DNA of 64,000 nucleotides from a virus. The notes below the pieces were generated by a model. The model searched no databases. It saw only the letters and a program-made list of their open reading frames with translations, and had not been told where the DNA came from. Every line of letters begins with the position of its first letter. Position 1 is the stretch's first letter. The stretch is taken from the IMG/VR virus record IMGVR_UViG_3300046167_000924, positions 1 to 64,000 of that record. One strand, written 5' to 3'. The position numbers were made by a program, and so were the translations under genes. Positions 28,706-38,257 of the stretch are shown here, piece after piece.

Positions 28706-31161
28706 TGACAGCTTTCGCAACTTCCTCCGTTTTTCATAGCTTCGATACTGCACGCTTTAGCTTCTTCTGTTTTTGATGAATCGTTATGCGCCTTTTCGAC
28801 TTTAGATGCAGCTCTATTCCTCAAATAGTAAGTTGTCTTTAGCCCAGCCTCCCAGCAGCTCATATAAACATCATTTAAATACTTAAGAGAAGTAGATTTA
28901 TTATAAAGATTGAAACTTATAGCTTGATCCATCCACTTTTGGCGAGCAGAATTACATTCTATCAACTTAAACATGTCTCGATCAAATGCAGTTTTATATT
29001 TTTCTTTCAATTCAGAAGGTATATCTCCATTCAATAAAGATAAATCCCCATCGACGCTTTTAACAAGTTTGGCGACTTCGCTATTCCAAAGCCCTGCGCC
29101 TTTCATATCGTCAATAAAATGCTGATTAGTTATAAAGAAATTTCCGCTTTTATTCTCGTAAACAAAAAGCACAGAAAAGTTAGGTTCAATACTTTGTTCT
29201 ATCCCATTAATATAGCCAATTGTTGCCGTGGGAGCTATAGCCATAACATTTGAATTTCTCATTCCAAATTCACCAACATGAATTCTGATTTTTTTCCATT
29301 CATCCAAAGTTTGACCTTTACCCGTAAGAGGTTTGCCGGTAACAGATTCTTTAGGAACCTTTTGTTTACCTCTATAAACCATTAAATTATTATAAGAGTC
29401 GATTGGAAATGTCCCGCCGCTCCAGAGAGAACCTTCATAGGTTTCGTATTTTCCGCGCTCCGCAGCAAGCAGGGAGCTGGCATAAATCGCATGCATAGAA
29501 TAAAATTCAAATAGTTTATCATTGAATCTTACAGCCTCATCACTATCAATTTTAATATTCATCTTGTGAAGGATATCATGTAGCCCCATGAGCCCAAGGC
29601 CGATTGGTCTATTTTTTAGATTAGAATTTCTGGCTTCTAGTGTTGGATAGAAGTTTAAATCAATTACATTGTCTAATGCACGAATAGCAGTGTGTATTGT
29701 TTTTTCTAATTTAACATAGTCTATATCGACTCCATCTTCATTCATATGGTTTAGAAGATTAATTGAGCCGAGATTACAAACTGCAGTTTCCCCTATTTTT
29801 GTTTTTTGCCCCTTTTCATAAGAAGAAGCTTTTGTGTGAAGGGTTATTTCCGTACAAAGGTTTGAGCTATGCACGACACCTTCGTGCTGATTTGTATAAC
29901 GCATGTTGCAAGGATCCTTAAATGTATTCCATGGGTGAGAAGTTTCAAATAAAACTTTTAGCATTTTTTTCCACAACTCCTTTGCAGGGGTTATTCGGTA
30001 ATTTTTTATTAAACCTTTTTCTGCTTGATTGCATAGTTGATTATATTTTTCGTCAAACTCGGTACCAAAGCAGTCGTGGAGATCGGCCTCTGTTGGGTCA
30101 AAAAAGTACCAAACATCTTCGTTTTGAACTCTTCTCATGAATTCGTCAGGAATCCAAGACGCCGTGTTCATGTCGTGACATCTGAGTCTGTCGTCTCCAG
30201 TGTTCCTCCTCAAATTTAAGAAGTCTTCATAATCTAAGTGCCAAGGTTCAAGATAGGCGCATCCTGCGCCTGGTCGTTTCCCCCCTTGATTGACTGCGAC
30301 TAAAAGATCGTTGTAAATTTTTAGCCAAGGAATTAGGCCTCCAGAAATTCCATTTGTTCCTTTTATATGGGAGCCGGACGACCTAAAGGGTGTCACATCA
30401 AAACCAAGCCCTCCAGCATATTTTGACTTACGAGCCTCTTGCCATGCACCGTCAAAAATTCCATCTATACTATCATCAAAAGTGTTAAGGTAGCAGGAGC
30501 TTAATTGTGAATGCGTAGTGCCACTATTAAAAAGGGTTGGCGTTGAAGAAGTGTATAAAAACTGGCTAAACATATCATATATTTTAATTGCGCTGGCTTC
30601 TTTATTTTCTTCGTTTAAAGATAGCCCCATAGCAACCCTCATCCAAAAGCATTGGGGCGCCTCCATTATTTTACCTTCGTGTCGAATAAAGTATCGGTCA
30701 GTAAGAATCTGTATACCTAAATATTTAAAGTCCTTATCTCTTCTTATTTTTATTGCCTCAGACAGTTTAGGCAAGTCAAACTCAAGCATTCTAGGATCAA
30801 GCTTCTCAAGCTTAACCAACTTTTTAGTATTTTGTATAAAGCTTTTTCTGTACTGCAGTCTAAATGCGTCAGAATCTACGCCCTCCTTGAAAACCTCCTT
30901 ATATACTGTGTTGAGTAGCAGTCTGGCTGCTGCAAGGCTATAGTTGGGTTCCTTTTCTATTTTTTCTCTTGCGCTTAATATCAACGCAGAATCGATTTCG
31001 CTAGTAGTGATCTTGTCAAACAACTGTAACTGAGCATCTAGCACGATTTCACTCACAGAAACATCTTGAATTTCCTCGCAAGCCCGCTCTACGTTTGTAT
31101 TAATTTTTTCTACCCGAAAATCCTGAAGTCGTCCGTTTCTTTTTTTTACTTTTATATTCAT
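28702..31161 (-). CDS. nrdA: Ribonucleotide reductase class Ia alpha subunit with ATP cone
   Basis: VKKRNG ATP cone, STPTLFN, LSSCYL, SNLCTEI, CNLGSINL, APTATI, TTYYLR, C-terminal CESCQ. Confidence 0.95.
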   Translation of the reverse strand: MNIKVKKRNGRLQDFRVEKINTNVERACEEIQDVSVSEIVLDAQLQLFDKITTSEIDSALILSAREKIEKEPNYSLAAARLLLNTVYKEVFKEGVDSDAFRLQYRKSFIQNTKKLVKLEKLDPRMLEFDLPKLSEAIKIRRDKDFKYLGIQILTDRYFIRHEGKIMEAPQCFWMRVAMGLSLNEENKEASAIKIYDMFSQFLYTSSTPTLFNSGTTHSQLSSCYLNTFDDSIDGIFDGAWQEARKSKYAGGLGFDVTPFRSSGSHIKGTNGISGGLIPWLKIYNDLLVAVNQGGKRPGAGCAYLEPWHLDYEDFLNLRRNTGDDRLRCHDMNTASWIPDEFMRRVQNEDVWYFFDPTEADLHDCFGTEFDEKYNQLCNQAEKGLIKNYRITPAKELWKKMLKVLFETSHPWNTFKDPCNMRYTNQHEGVVHSSNLCTEITLHTKASSYEKGQKTKIGETAVCNLGSINLLNHMNEDGVDIDYVKLEKTIHTAIRALDNVIDLNFYPTLEARNSNLKNRPIGLGLMGLHDILHKMNIKIDSDEAVRFNDKLFEFYSMHAIYASSLLAAERGKYETYEGSLWSGGTFPIDSYNNLMVYRGKQKVPKESVTGKPLTGKGQTLDEWKKIRIHVGEFGMRNSNVMAIAPTATIGYINGIEQSIEPNFSVLFVYENKSGNFFITNQHFIDDMKGAGLWNSEVAKLVKSVDGDLSLLNGDIPSELKEKYKTAFDRDMFKLIECNSARQKWMDQAISFNLYNKSTSLKYLNDVYMSCWEAGLKTTYYLRNRAASKVEKAHNDSSKTEEAKACSIEAMKNGGSCESCQ

Positions 31162-31238
31162 AATTTGTATATTATAATAGTAACATTTAGTCAGTCAACT
31201 GTCAACAAGAATAATATTGTGTTAATAACTTTTATAGC

Positions 31239-31277
31239 TTGACAGTGATTGAATATTCTGCTAATATAGTAAGCATG
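31239..31277 (+). promoter_or_regulatory. Sigma70-type promoter, start codon at predicted TSS
   Basis: TTGACA-17nt-TAATAT-7nt-ATG(31275). Confidence 0.65.
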
Positions 31278-32027
31278 TTAGCATTATTTAAAAGTCATTT
31301 CTCTATCGGCAAAAGCATACTAACTCTTGATGATCCAATTACACATAAAGAAGGCAGAGCAGATAGCATTTTTTCAATAGCGAAAGAAAATAACTTAAAA
31401 GAAGTTGTTTTAGTTGAAGATTCCTTAACGGGATTCCTTCAAGCCAAAAAAGTAGCAGAATCGATGGGTATACAACTCATTTTTGGACTCAGAGTGGATA
31501 TGTGTGAAGATTCCAAGGTAAACCCAAAAGAGTCTCAAGATTCCCGCCACAAGATTATCATTTTTGCCAAGAACTCCAATGGATGCATTTTATTAAACAA
31601 GATTTATAGCGAAGCCTTCAGCGAGTCGTTCAATTCGGTAGATAAAAAAATATTAAAAAACCACTGGAATGATGAAGACTTGAAACTAGCCATACCTTTT
31701 TATGATTCATTTATATTTCAAAACACAATGAAGTTCGGAAATTGCACCCCAAATTTTTCGTTCACAAAGCCAACCTTCTTACTTGAAAACAATAGCTTGC
31801 CATTTGATCTCTTATTAAGATCGAGGGTTATGAAATATGCGGCAGAGAATAAGTGCGAAACAGAACAGGCTAAAAGTATTTATTACAAAAATAAAAAAGA
31901 TGTATCAGCTTTACAAACATACAAATGTATAACAGGTCGTACATTTGGAAATAAAACATTATCAAAACCCAATTTAGACCACTTTGGTAGTAATGAATTT
32001 TGCTTTCAAAGTTGGAAAGAAAATTAA
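31275..32027 (+). CDS. Stand-alone PHP domain of DNA polymerase III alpha
   Basis: LFKSHFS.GKS..(degenerate HxHSxYS), V.L.ED.L.G..A, LIFGLR, IIFAKN.NG..LNKIYS. Confidence 0.75.
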   Translation: MLALFKSHFSIGKSILTLDDPITHKEGRADSIFSIAKENNLKEVVLVEDSLTGFLQAKKVAESMGIQLIFGLRVDMCEDSKVNPKESQDSRHKIIIFAKNSNGCILLNKIYSEAFSESFNSVDKKILKNHWNDEDLKLAIPFYDSFIFQNTMKFGNCTPNFSFTKPTFLLENNSLPFDLLLRSRVMKYAAENKCETEQAKSIYYKNKKDVSALQTYKCITGRTFGNKTLSKPNLDHFGSNEFCFQSWKEN

Positions 32028-32028
32028 T

Positions 32029-32676
32029 ATGAAAGAATCACTATTAAGATTTAAAAACAAACAAAAGTATTTACTTTTTGATTACGAAACTTGTAATTTA
32101 AATTTAATATCTGGACACAATAAACCCTGGCAGTTAGCTTTTTTAGTTATCGAAAACAATAAAATTGTAGAAGAAAAAGATTATTGGTTAAAATGGGATG
32201 ACTTGAGGGTTTCCCCAGAAGCTGCTAAAATTACAGGTTTCACTCAAGCAAAATACAAAAAGAACGCCGTTGACCCAAAGTTAGCTCTAGATCATTTTGA
32301 GAAATATTTATATGACGATTCTTATATTAAGGTCGGCCATAATTTATTAGGATTCGATGTTTATATGCACAATTTGCACAGAAAATTAATCAATCCGAAA
32401 GCGGAGTCCGATTTCAGTTATTCAGAGCAACTAGTAGATACGCTATGTTTAGCAAAAGCAGTTAAAAAACAAATTAAATTAAATAAAGAAGACAACTTTC
32501 TAGCTTGGCAGTATAGATTGAATCATTTAATCGAAAGAGGGCTCTCCTGCAACCTTAAACAATGTTGTAAGGATTTCGATGTCCCCTTTGACGCGGCCAA
32601 ATTACATGACGCATTATATGACATTAGAGTTAATTATGAAGTATTTAAAAAAATGATATGGGAGATAGAAATATGA
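32029..32676 (+). CDS. DEDDh 3'-5' exonuclease (DnaQ/epsilon-like)
   Basis: FDYETC, GHNLLGFD, DTL, HDALYD motifs. Confidence 0.85.
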   Translation: MKESLLRFKNKQKYLLFDYETCNLNLISGHNKPWQLAFLVIENNKIVEEKDYWLKWDDLRVSPEAAKITGFTQAKYKKNAVDPKLALDHFEKYLYDDSYIKVGHNLLGFDVYMHNLHRKLINPKAESDFSYSEQLVDTLCLAKAVKKQIKLNKEDNFLAWQYRLNHLIERGLSCNLKQCCKDFDVPFDAAKLHDALYDIRVNYEVFKKMIWEIEI

Positions 32677-35231
32677 GTTTTACAGAACAGTTTACAGATT
32701 ATAAAGATTGTTGCCCTCCAGGGGTGCGCTTACCTGAAATTAAGATTGAACAAAAGTATTATGATATGCTCGAAGCAGATAATACTATATCCAATTACGA
32801 CTTTCTTCGTAAGCTATGTCATAAAGGAGTATATGATAAAGGAATAGATAAATTTAAGAATAAAAAAGATTATTTTGATCGTGCAAAATCAGAATTAAAA
32901 ATATTAAATGAACTAGGCTTTATTGATTATATTTTATTGAACTGGGATATAATTAATTTCTGCCACGAACAGGATATACCTACTGGTCCAGGTAGAGGGT
33001 CAGCAGCAGGATCACTTGTGTTGTATTTAATTGGAGTTACCAACGTAGACCCAGTAGAGTATAACTTGTTTTTTGAGCGCTTTGTTTCGAAAAGTCGAGC
33101 TAGAAAAATAGAAAAAGATGGAATAACTTACCTTGATGGAAGTTTGTTGGCGGATGTTGATAACGACATTGCTTATGAGCGTCGAGTAGAAGTGATCGAG
33201 TACATCGAGAAGAAACACCCGGCTCGTACTGCAAAGATTTTGACACTAAACACCTTGAGCGGAAAACTCTGCATTAAAGAATGTGGTAAAATTGTTGGAG
33301 AATACTCCGAACAAGAAGTTAATGAAGTGAGCGATACGATACCAAAAAAGTTTGGAGTTGTTGTGCCTCTCTCGACAGCAATCCAGGAAAGTGAAAAATT
33401 TACAGATTGGGCAGTTGAAAACCAAGAGGTTTTTGAAGTAGCTCTCAAGCTAGAAGGTTTAAATAAAAATACTGGAGTTCACCCAAGCGGAATAGCTATA
33501 TCCTTCGCCCAAATGACGGATATCTGCCCAGTTCAACAGACAAATGATGGCGCATTGGTTACAGGTTACGACATGAATTGGGTATCTGAATTGATGGTTA
33601 AATTTGATATTCTTGGACTAAGAACCTTGAGCGTTATCTATGATGTTTGTAAAAATATTGATATTGATATATCTAACGTAGACTTAAATGATAAAAAAAT
33701 GTTTAAACCGCTTCAGTCCTTAAGAGCTCCCCACGGACTATTTCAGCTTGAGTCTGATACAAATTATCGAGTGTGTAAGAAAATCAAGCCAAGAGATTTG
33801 GAACAGCTAAGCGCCGTGATTGCTATCGGCAGACCTGGAGCTTTAGATTTCCTCGACTCATATACAACTTATTCCGAAAGCGGAGAGGCTCAGGTTATTC
33901 ATGAATTTTTTAGAGATGTTCTTGATTATACTGGAGGAATACCTCTTTACCAAGAGCAGTTGATGCAAATGGCGGTTAAAGTTGGCTTCACCCTAGATGA
34001 ATCAGAACAGCTCAGAAGGATTGTCGGAAAGAAAAAAATCGACCAAATGCCAGCGTGGCAAGCAAAGATTCAACAAAAGATTATTGATAACGATCTACCT
34101 ACCGAAGTGGGGGATGTACTTTGGAGCGTTGCTGAAGACAGTGCAAACTATTCATTTAACAAATCCCACTCTTTGGCGTATGCAACTTTGGCGGCATGGA
34201 CAACATATTTGAAATTCAAGCACCCCCAACAGTTCTTTCTGTCTTTGCTTAAAATGACTAAATACGAACCTGCGCCACAAGAAGAAATATCTAAGGTCTC
34301 TCAAGAATTATCTAACTTTGGAATTAAGCTTCTCTCTCCAGATTTAGCTAAATCTAAAATGGACTTTTCTATCGAAGGGAAAAATATAAGATTTGGCCTT
34401 AACAGCATCAAAGGGGTTAGCGAAAAATCTCTCGCATCATTAAGAGATTTTAGATCTACAGAAACACCAACAAAGTATGATATTTTTCTTTCGGCCAAAC
34501 AGGCTGGGCTAAATATAGGCGTACTATCTTCGTTAGTTCAGGCTGGAGCTCTTCAAAGTAAAGGCTCTAATAGATCCTTAATGGCTCTTGAGGCGCAAGC
34601 ATTTAACCTCCTAACAGACAGAGAGAAAAGAAACTTTATTTTGCTTGGAGAGGAATATGAGTATAAGCTTCTTAATTGTATTGCAGATGCAAAAAGCGAG
34701 AAACTTGTAGGAGATGACGGAAAACCATTGATGAAAGAATCAAGATTTAAAACATTCAAGAAAAAGTATGACTTATACAAGTCTATATATGATAAAAATA
34801 AACAATATGAAACTTTTGCAAATTGGTATTTTGAAAATGAACTTCTTGGCTATAGCCACAGCTCGAAACTAAAAAGCTGTTTTATCGATTCCTACAAAGA
34901 CTTAAAAGATTCCACAGATTTAGAATTAATGAACCTAGATGAATCTGGAAAGTTTATAGGTGTTGTAGAAGATTGCCTGAAGGCCACCTCAAGAAACGGA
35001 AATAAATATATTAAATTATCAATCACAGACGAAAACGGAAGGTACAATGCAATGTTGTTAAACTCGAGAAGAGGTAATTTTTATGACAGATATTTTGAAA
35101 AAAATGAAAAAGCTCCAAGCAAAAAAAATATCGTAGTCGCATATGGAAGAAAAGCTGAAGACATAGTATTTCTTGACTCTATAAGGATTATGGATGAAAA
35201 GATATATATGAAAATGTCTGAAGTTAAGTAA
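32673..35231 (+). CDS. dnaE: DNA polymerase III alpha, catalytic part lacking the PHP domain
   Basis: GPGRGSAAGSLV, LFFERF, ADVDND, HPSGIAIS, KFDILGL, FQLES, LYQEQLM, YSFNKSHS, IRFGLNSIKG, C-terminal OB fold. Confidence 0.93.
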   Translation: MSFTEQFTDYKDCCPPGVRLPEIKIEQKYYDMLEADNTISNYDFLRKLCHKGVYDKGIDKFKNKKDYFDRAKSELKILNELGFIDYILLNWDIINFCHEQDIPTGPGRGSAAGSLVLYLIGVTNVDPVEYNLFFERFVSKSRARKIEKDGITYLDGSLLADVDNDIAYERRVEVIEYIEKKHPARTAKILTLNTLSGKLCIKECGKIVGEYSEQEVNEVSDTIPKKFGVVVPLSTAIQESEKFTDWAVENQEVFEVALKLEGLNKNTGVHPSGIAISFAQMTDICPVQQTNDGALVTGYDMNWVSELMVKFDILGLRTLSVIYDVCKNIDIDISNVDLNDKKMFKPLQSLRAPHGLFQLESDTNYRVCKKIKPRDLEQLSAVIAIGRPGALDFLDSYTTYSESGEAQVIHEFFRDVLDYTGGIPLYQEQLMQMAVKVGFTLDESEQLRRIVGKKKIDQMPAWQAKIQQKIIDNDLPTEVGDVLWSVAEDSANYSFNKSHSLAYATLAAWTTYLKFKHPQQFFLSLLKMTKYEPAPQEEISKVSQELSNFGIKLLSPDLAKSKMDFSIEGKNIRFGLNSIKGVSEKSLASLRDFRSTETPTKYDIFLSAKQAGLNIGVLSSLVQAGALQSKGSNRSLMALEAQAFNLLTDREKRNFILLGEEYEYKLLNCIADAKSEKLVGDDGKPLMKESRFKTFKKKYDLYKSIYDKNKQYETFANWYFENELLGYSHSSKLKSCFIDSYKDLKDSTDLELMNLDESGKFIGVVEDCLKATSRNGNKYIKLSITDENGRYNAMLLNSRRGNFYDRYFEKNEKAPSKKNIVVAYGRKAEDIVFLDSIRIMDEKIYMKMSEVK

Positions 35232-35252
35232 AATAATGTGTAAATTATGAAG

Positions 35253-37718
35253 ATGACGCCAAAGCCTAATTTTACGCCGCGCGCACAGCAGGCAATCAAT
35301 GAAGCGAAAAAAGTTGCCGAGAAATATAAAAATAACGATGTATCAATAGAGCATTTATTTTATGGAATGCTCAAGTTGACAGCAGGAATATTAAGTGAAA
35401 TACTTTTTTTATTAAATATTAACCAAAGATTATTACTTGAAGAAGTAGAAAATTCTTTCGTAGACTCACTCGCTAATGAAGATTATGATCTTGATACAGA
35501 ATATGAAGAGCCCAGTTATGACGAACATTTTCACCTAATCCTTAAAGTTGCAGCCTCAATCAGCTCTAAGCTTGGTCATGAATATGTTGGACTAGAACAT
35601 ATGCTTTTAGCTTTATTGAAATATGAAGAATCGAGTGTGCCTCAATTTTTTGTTCCTTTCAATGCCTCTGAAGAAGATATTATCATAGAAGTAAGAGAAT
35701 ACCTGCATCTTTCAAAAGAAAATCACACAAGCAGTAGGACTCAGAAAAGCAACCCCACCCCGCCCAAACCTATAGTTAAAGACCTTGCGACCCCAACGCT
35801 TGAAAAGCATGCCTTAAATTTAAACATGCAAGCGATAAAAGGTAAATTTGATGGGATCATAGGAAAACAGCAAGAAATTATGGAAGCTTGTGAAATTTTA
35901 TGCCGAAAAACAAAAAATAATCCAGTTTTACTTGGAGAGCCTGGCGTAGGAAAAACGGCCATAGTTGAAGGTTTAGCTCAAAAAATAGTAAAAGCAGAAG
36001 CCCCAGATTTCCTACTAGGCAAGATTATATATGCCCTAGACCTAGGATCACTCATAGCTGGAACAAAATATAGAGGACAATTCGAGGAACGACTCAAGAA
36101 AATTATCGACGAAGCAAAGAAAAACCCAGAAATAATACTATTCATTGACGAAATTCACACCCTAGTAGGCGCAGGTAGCGCAGAAGGAAGCATGGACGCA
36201 GCGAATCTATTAAAACCCTTACTTGCAAGAGGAGAACTTAAATGTATTGGCGCAACAACAGTTGATGAATACAAAAAAAGTATATTAAAAGACGGAGCTT
36301 TAGATCGAAGATTTCAAGCAGTAAAAGTTATCGAGCCAACAAAGTCAGAAACTAGACAAATTTTACAAGGAATAAAAAATAAATACGAATCATTTCATAG
36401 TATTCATTATACAGATGAAATTTTAGATTTGATTGTTCATTTGACTTCTAAATACATTCTTGATAAACAGTTTCCAGATAAAGCGATTGATGTTATGGAT
36501 CAAGCTGGTTCAAAAGTTAAAATTAAAAATATAGAAAGACCACAAGAAGCAAAAGACATAGAAAAGCATTTAGAAAATCTAGCACTAAAAGAGTCTGATC
36601 TAAGCATAGTAGGAATGGATACATATGCAGTAACAGAAGAACAATTAAATTTATTAGAAGAATATGATACTATAATAGATAATTGGTTAACTAAAACATT
36701 AAAATCAAAAATAAAAGTTACTAAAAAAGATATTTTTGAAGTTGTGTCCTCGAGAACAGGAATACCGGTTTCTCAAGTTTCTAAAAAAGATTCAACAAGG
36801 ATGCTTGGATTGTTCAAAAAGCTAGACAAGAAAATTGTTGGCCAAACAGAAGCCTTACAAGAAATTTCTCAATCAATTTTAAGATCTAAATCTGGATTGC
36901 AGGATGCAGGTAAGCCAGTCGGAAGCTTTTTATTGGTTGGAGCTAGCGGAACAGGAAAAACTTATACAGCAAAATGTATTGCTGAATTTATATATGGAGG
37001 TATAGACAAATTAATACAGCTTGATATGAGTGAATTTTCCGAGAAGATTTCGTCTAGTCGACTAATTGGCGCATCCCCAGGGTATGTGGGATACGAAGAA
37101 GGTGGAGATCTAACTGAAAGAGTAAGAAGGAATCCTTACAGTGTTATACTATTTGATGAAATTGAGAAGGCTCACCCAGAGGTCCTAAACATATTGTTGC
37201 AAATTCTTGAAGAGGGTTTTGTTACAGACAACTCAGGAAGAAAGATTAATTTTAATAATTGTATAATTATCCTAACAGGTAATATTGGTAGTGAAAAAAT
37301 ATCCAAACCAACTATTGGATTCGGAGGAGATGGAGAAACTGCCGCAAAAGACAAAATCAAAAACGAACTAAAAGGGTTCTTTAGGCCAGAATTTCTAAAT
37401 AGGCTTAACGAAATTATTGTTTTTAAAGATTTCCAAGAAGATGAGTTGGCGGAAATAGCAAAACTTGAGATGCAAAAATTGATCAACAAATTAAAAGACA
37501 TGGATTTAAAAATGTCAGCAACTCCAAAAGTATCAAAGTATATAGCTTCCCTTGCGACATCAGAAAAAATGGGCGCGAGACCAATTAAAAGATTAATTCA
37601 AAAACACTTAGAAAATCCGCTATCTGAACTTATTTTAAATAAATCGCTAACAGAAGAATCGGAAATTAAATTCTCTATCGTAAAGGAAGAGGTAAAATAT
37701 ACTATTAAGGAAGTATAG
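35253..37718 (+). CDS. clpC: ClpC/ClpA-family AAA+ chaperone
   Basis: Clp-N repeats, GEPGVGKT, FIDEIH, GASGTGKT, LFDEIEKAHP, IGF loop (PTIGFGG), GARP; start probably ATG 35253 (ORF track 35247). Confidence 0.88.
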   Translation: MTPKPNFTPRAQQAINEAKKVAEKYKNNDVSIEHLFYGMLKLTAGILSEILFLLNINQRLLLEEVENSFVDSLANEDYDLDTEYEEPSYDEHFHLILKVAASISSKLGHEYVGLEHMLLALLKYEESSVPQFFVPFNASEEDIIIEVREYLHLSKENHTSSRTQKSNPTPPKPIVKDLATPTLEKHALNLNMQAIKGKFDGIIGKQQEIMEACEILCRKTKNNPVLLGEPGVGKTAIVEGLAQKIVKAEAPDFLLGKIIYALDLGSLIAGTKYRGQFEERLKKIIDEAKKNPEIILFIDEIHTLVGAGSAEGSMDAANLLKPLLARGELKCIGATTVDEYKKSILKDGALDRRFQAVKVIEPTKSETRQILQGIKNKYESFHSIHYTDEILDLIVHLTSKYILDKQFPDKAIDVMDQAGSKVKIKNIERPQEAKDIEKHLENLALKESDLSIVGMDTYAVTEEQLNLLEEYDTIIDNWLTKTLKSKIKVTKKDIFEVVSSRTGIPVSQVSKKDSTRMLGLFKKLDKKIVGQTEALQEISQSILRSKSGLQDAGKPVGSFLLVGASGTGKTYTAKCIAEFIYGGIDKLIQLDMSEFSEKISSSRLIGASPGYVGYEEGGDLTERVRRNPYSVILFDEIEKAHPEVLNILLQILEEGFVTDNSGRKINFNNCIIILTGNIGSEKISKPTIGFGGDGETAAKDKIKNELKGFFRPEFLNRLNEIIVFKDFQEDELAEIAKLEMQKLINKLKDMDLKMSATPKVSKYIASLATSEKMGARPIKRLIQKHLENPLSELILNKSLTEESEIKFSIVKEEVKYTIKEV

Positions 37719-38232
37719 GTTTTATCGGATCCTTGATTTCAGGGTCACTTGGCTTCATGGGGTCTTCGAACTTCTCTCCAGGATTTCCAGATAAATCCTG
37801 GGGAGCTTCGCTTTGTTTTTCGTTAAAAATAGTCATGCATGCACCAAACCTATCACCTTGAATTGGATAACGTTTTTTCATATTCGCATCCAATATACAT
37901 CTTGTAACGAACTGGTCTCCAGTTTCTGCCGCGGTTGGAATTGGATACCTTTTGTCCTGATTAGAGAGAAAATTGTTTGAACCTTCATCGGGTGAAGACT
38001 CTGCTTTTTGATTTGGAAATATCTTTTGATATTCGGTATAAGTCATAGCTTCGTCTAAAGCTTCATAAGATTCTCTTATCTTATTTTTTACCCAATCCTC
38101 AAGCTCAGAATCATCTTGCATCATATCGTACATAATTCTAGCTTTTTTCCAAATATGATAAAGTTCTGACTTAACAACTTTGGAGACTTGTTTTGAGTCA
38201 GCGTTTGATTCGTTTTGAGCTGTGTTATCCAT
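37705..38232 (-). CDS. Hypothetical late protein
   Basis: 175 aa; LEDWVKNKI motif; GTGTAAT upstream. Confidence 0.6.
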   Translation of the reverse strand: MDNTAQNESNADSKQVSKVVKSELYHIWKKARIMYDMMQDDSELEDWVKNKIRESYEALDEAMTYTEYQKIFPNQKAESSPDEGSNNFLSNQDKRYPIPTAAETGDQFVTRCILDANMKKRYPIQGDRFGACMTIFNEKQSEAPQDLSGNPGEKFEDPMKPSDPEIKDPIKPILP

Positions 38233-38257
38233 AATATAAAATTACACCTTTTTTATG

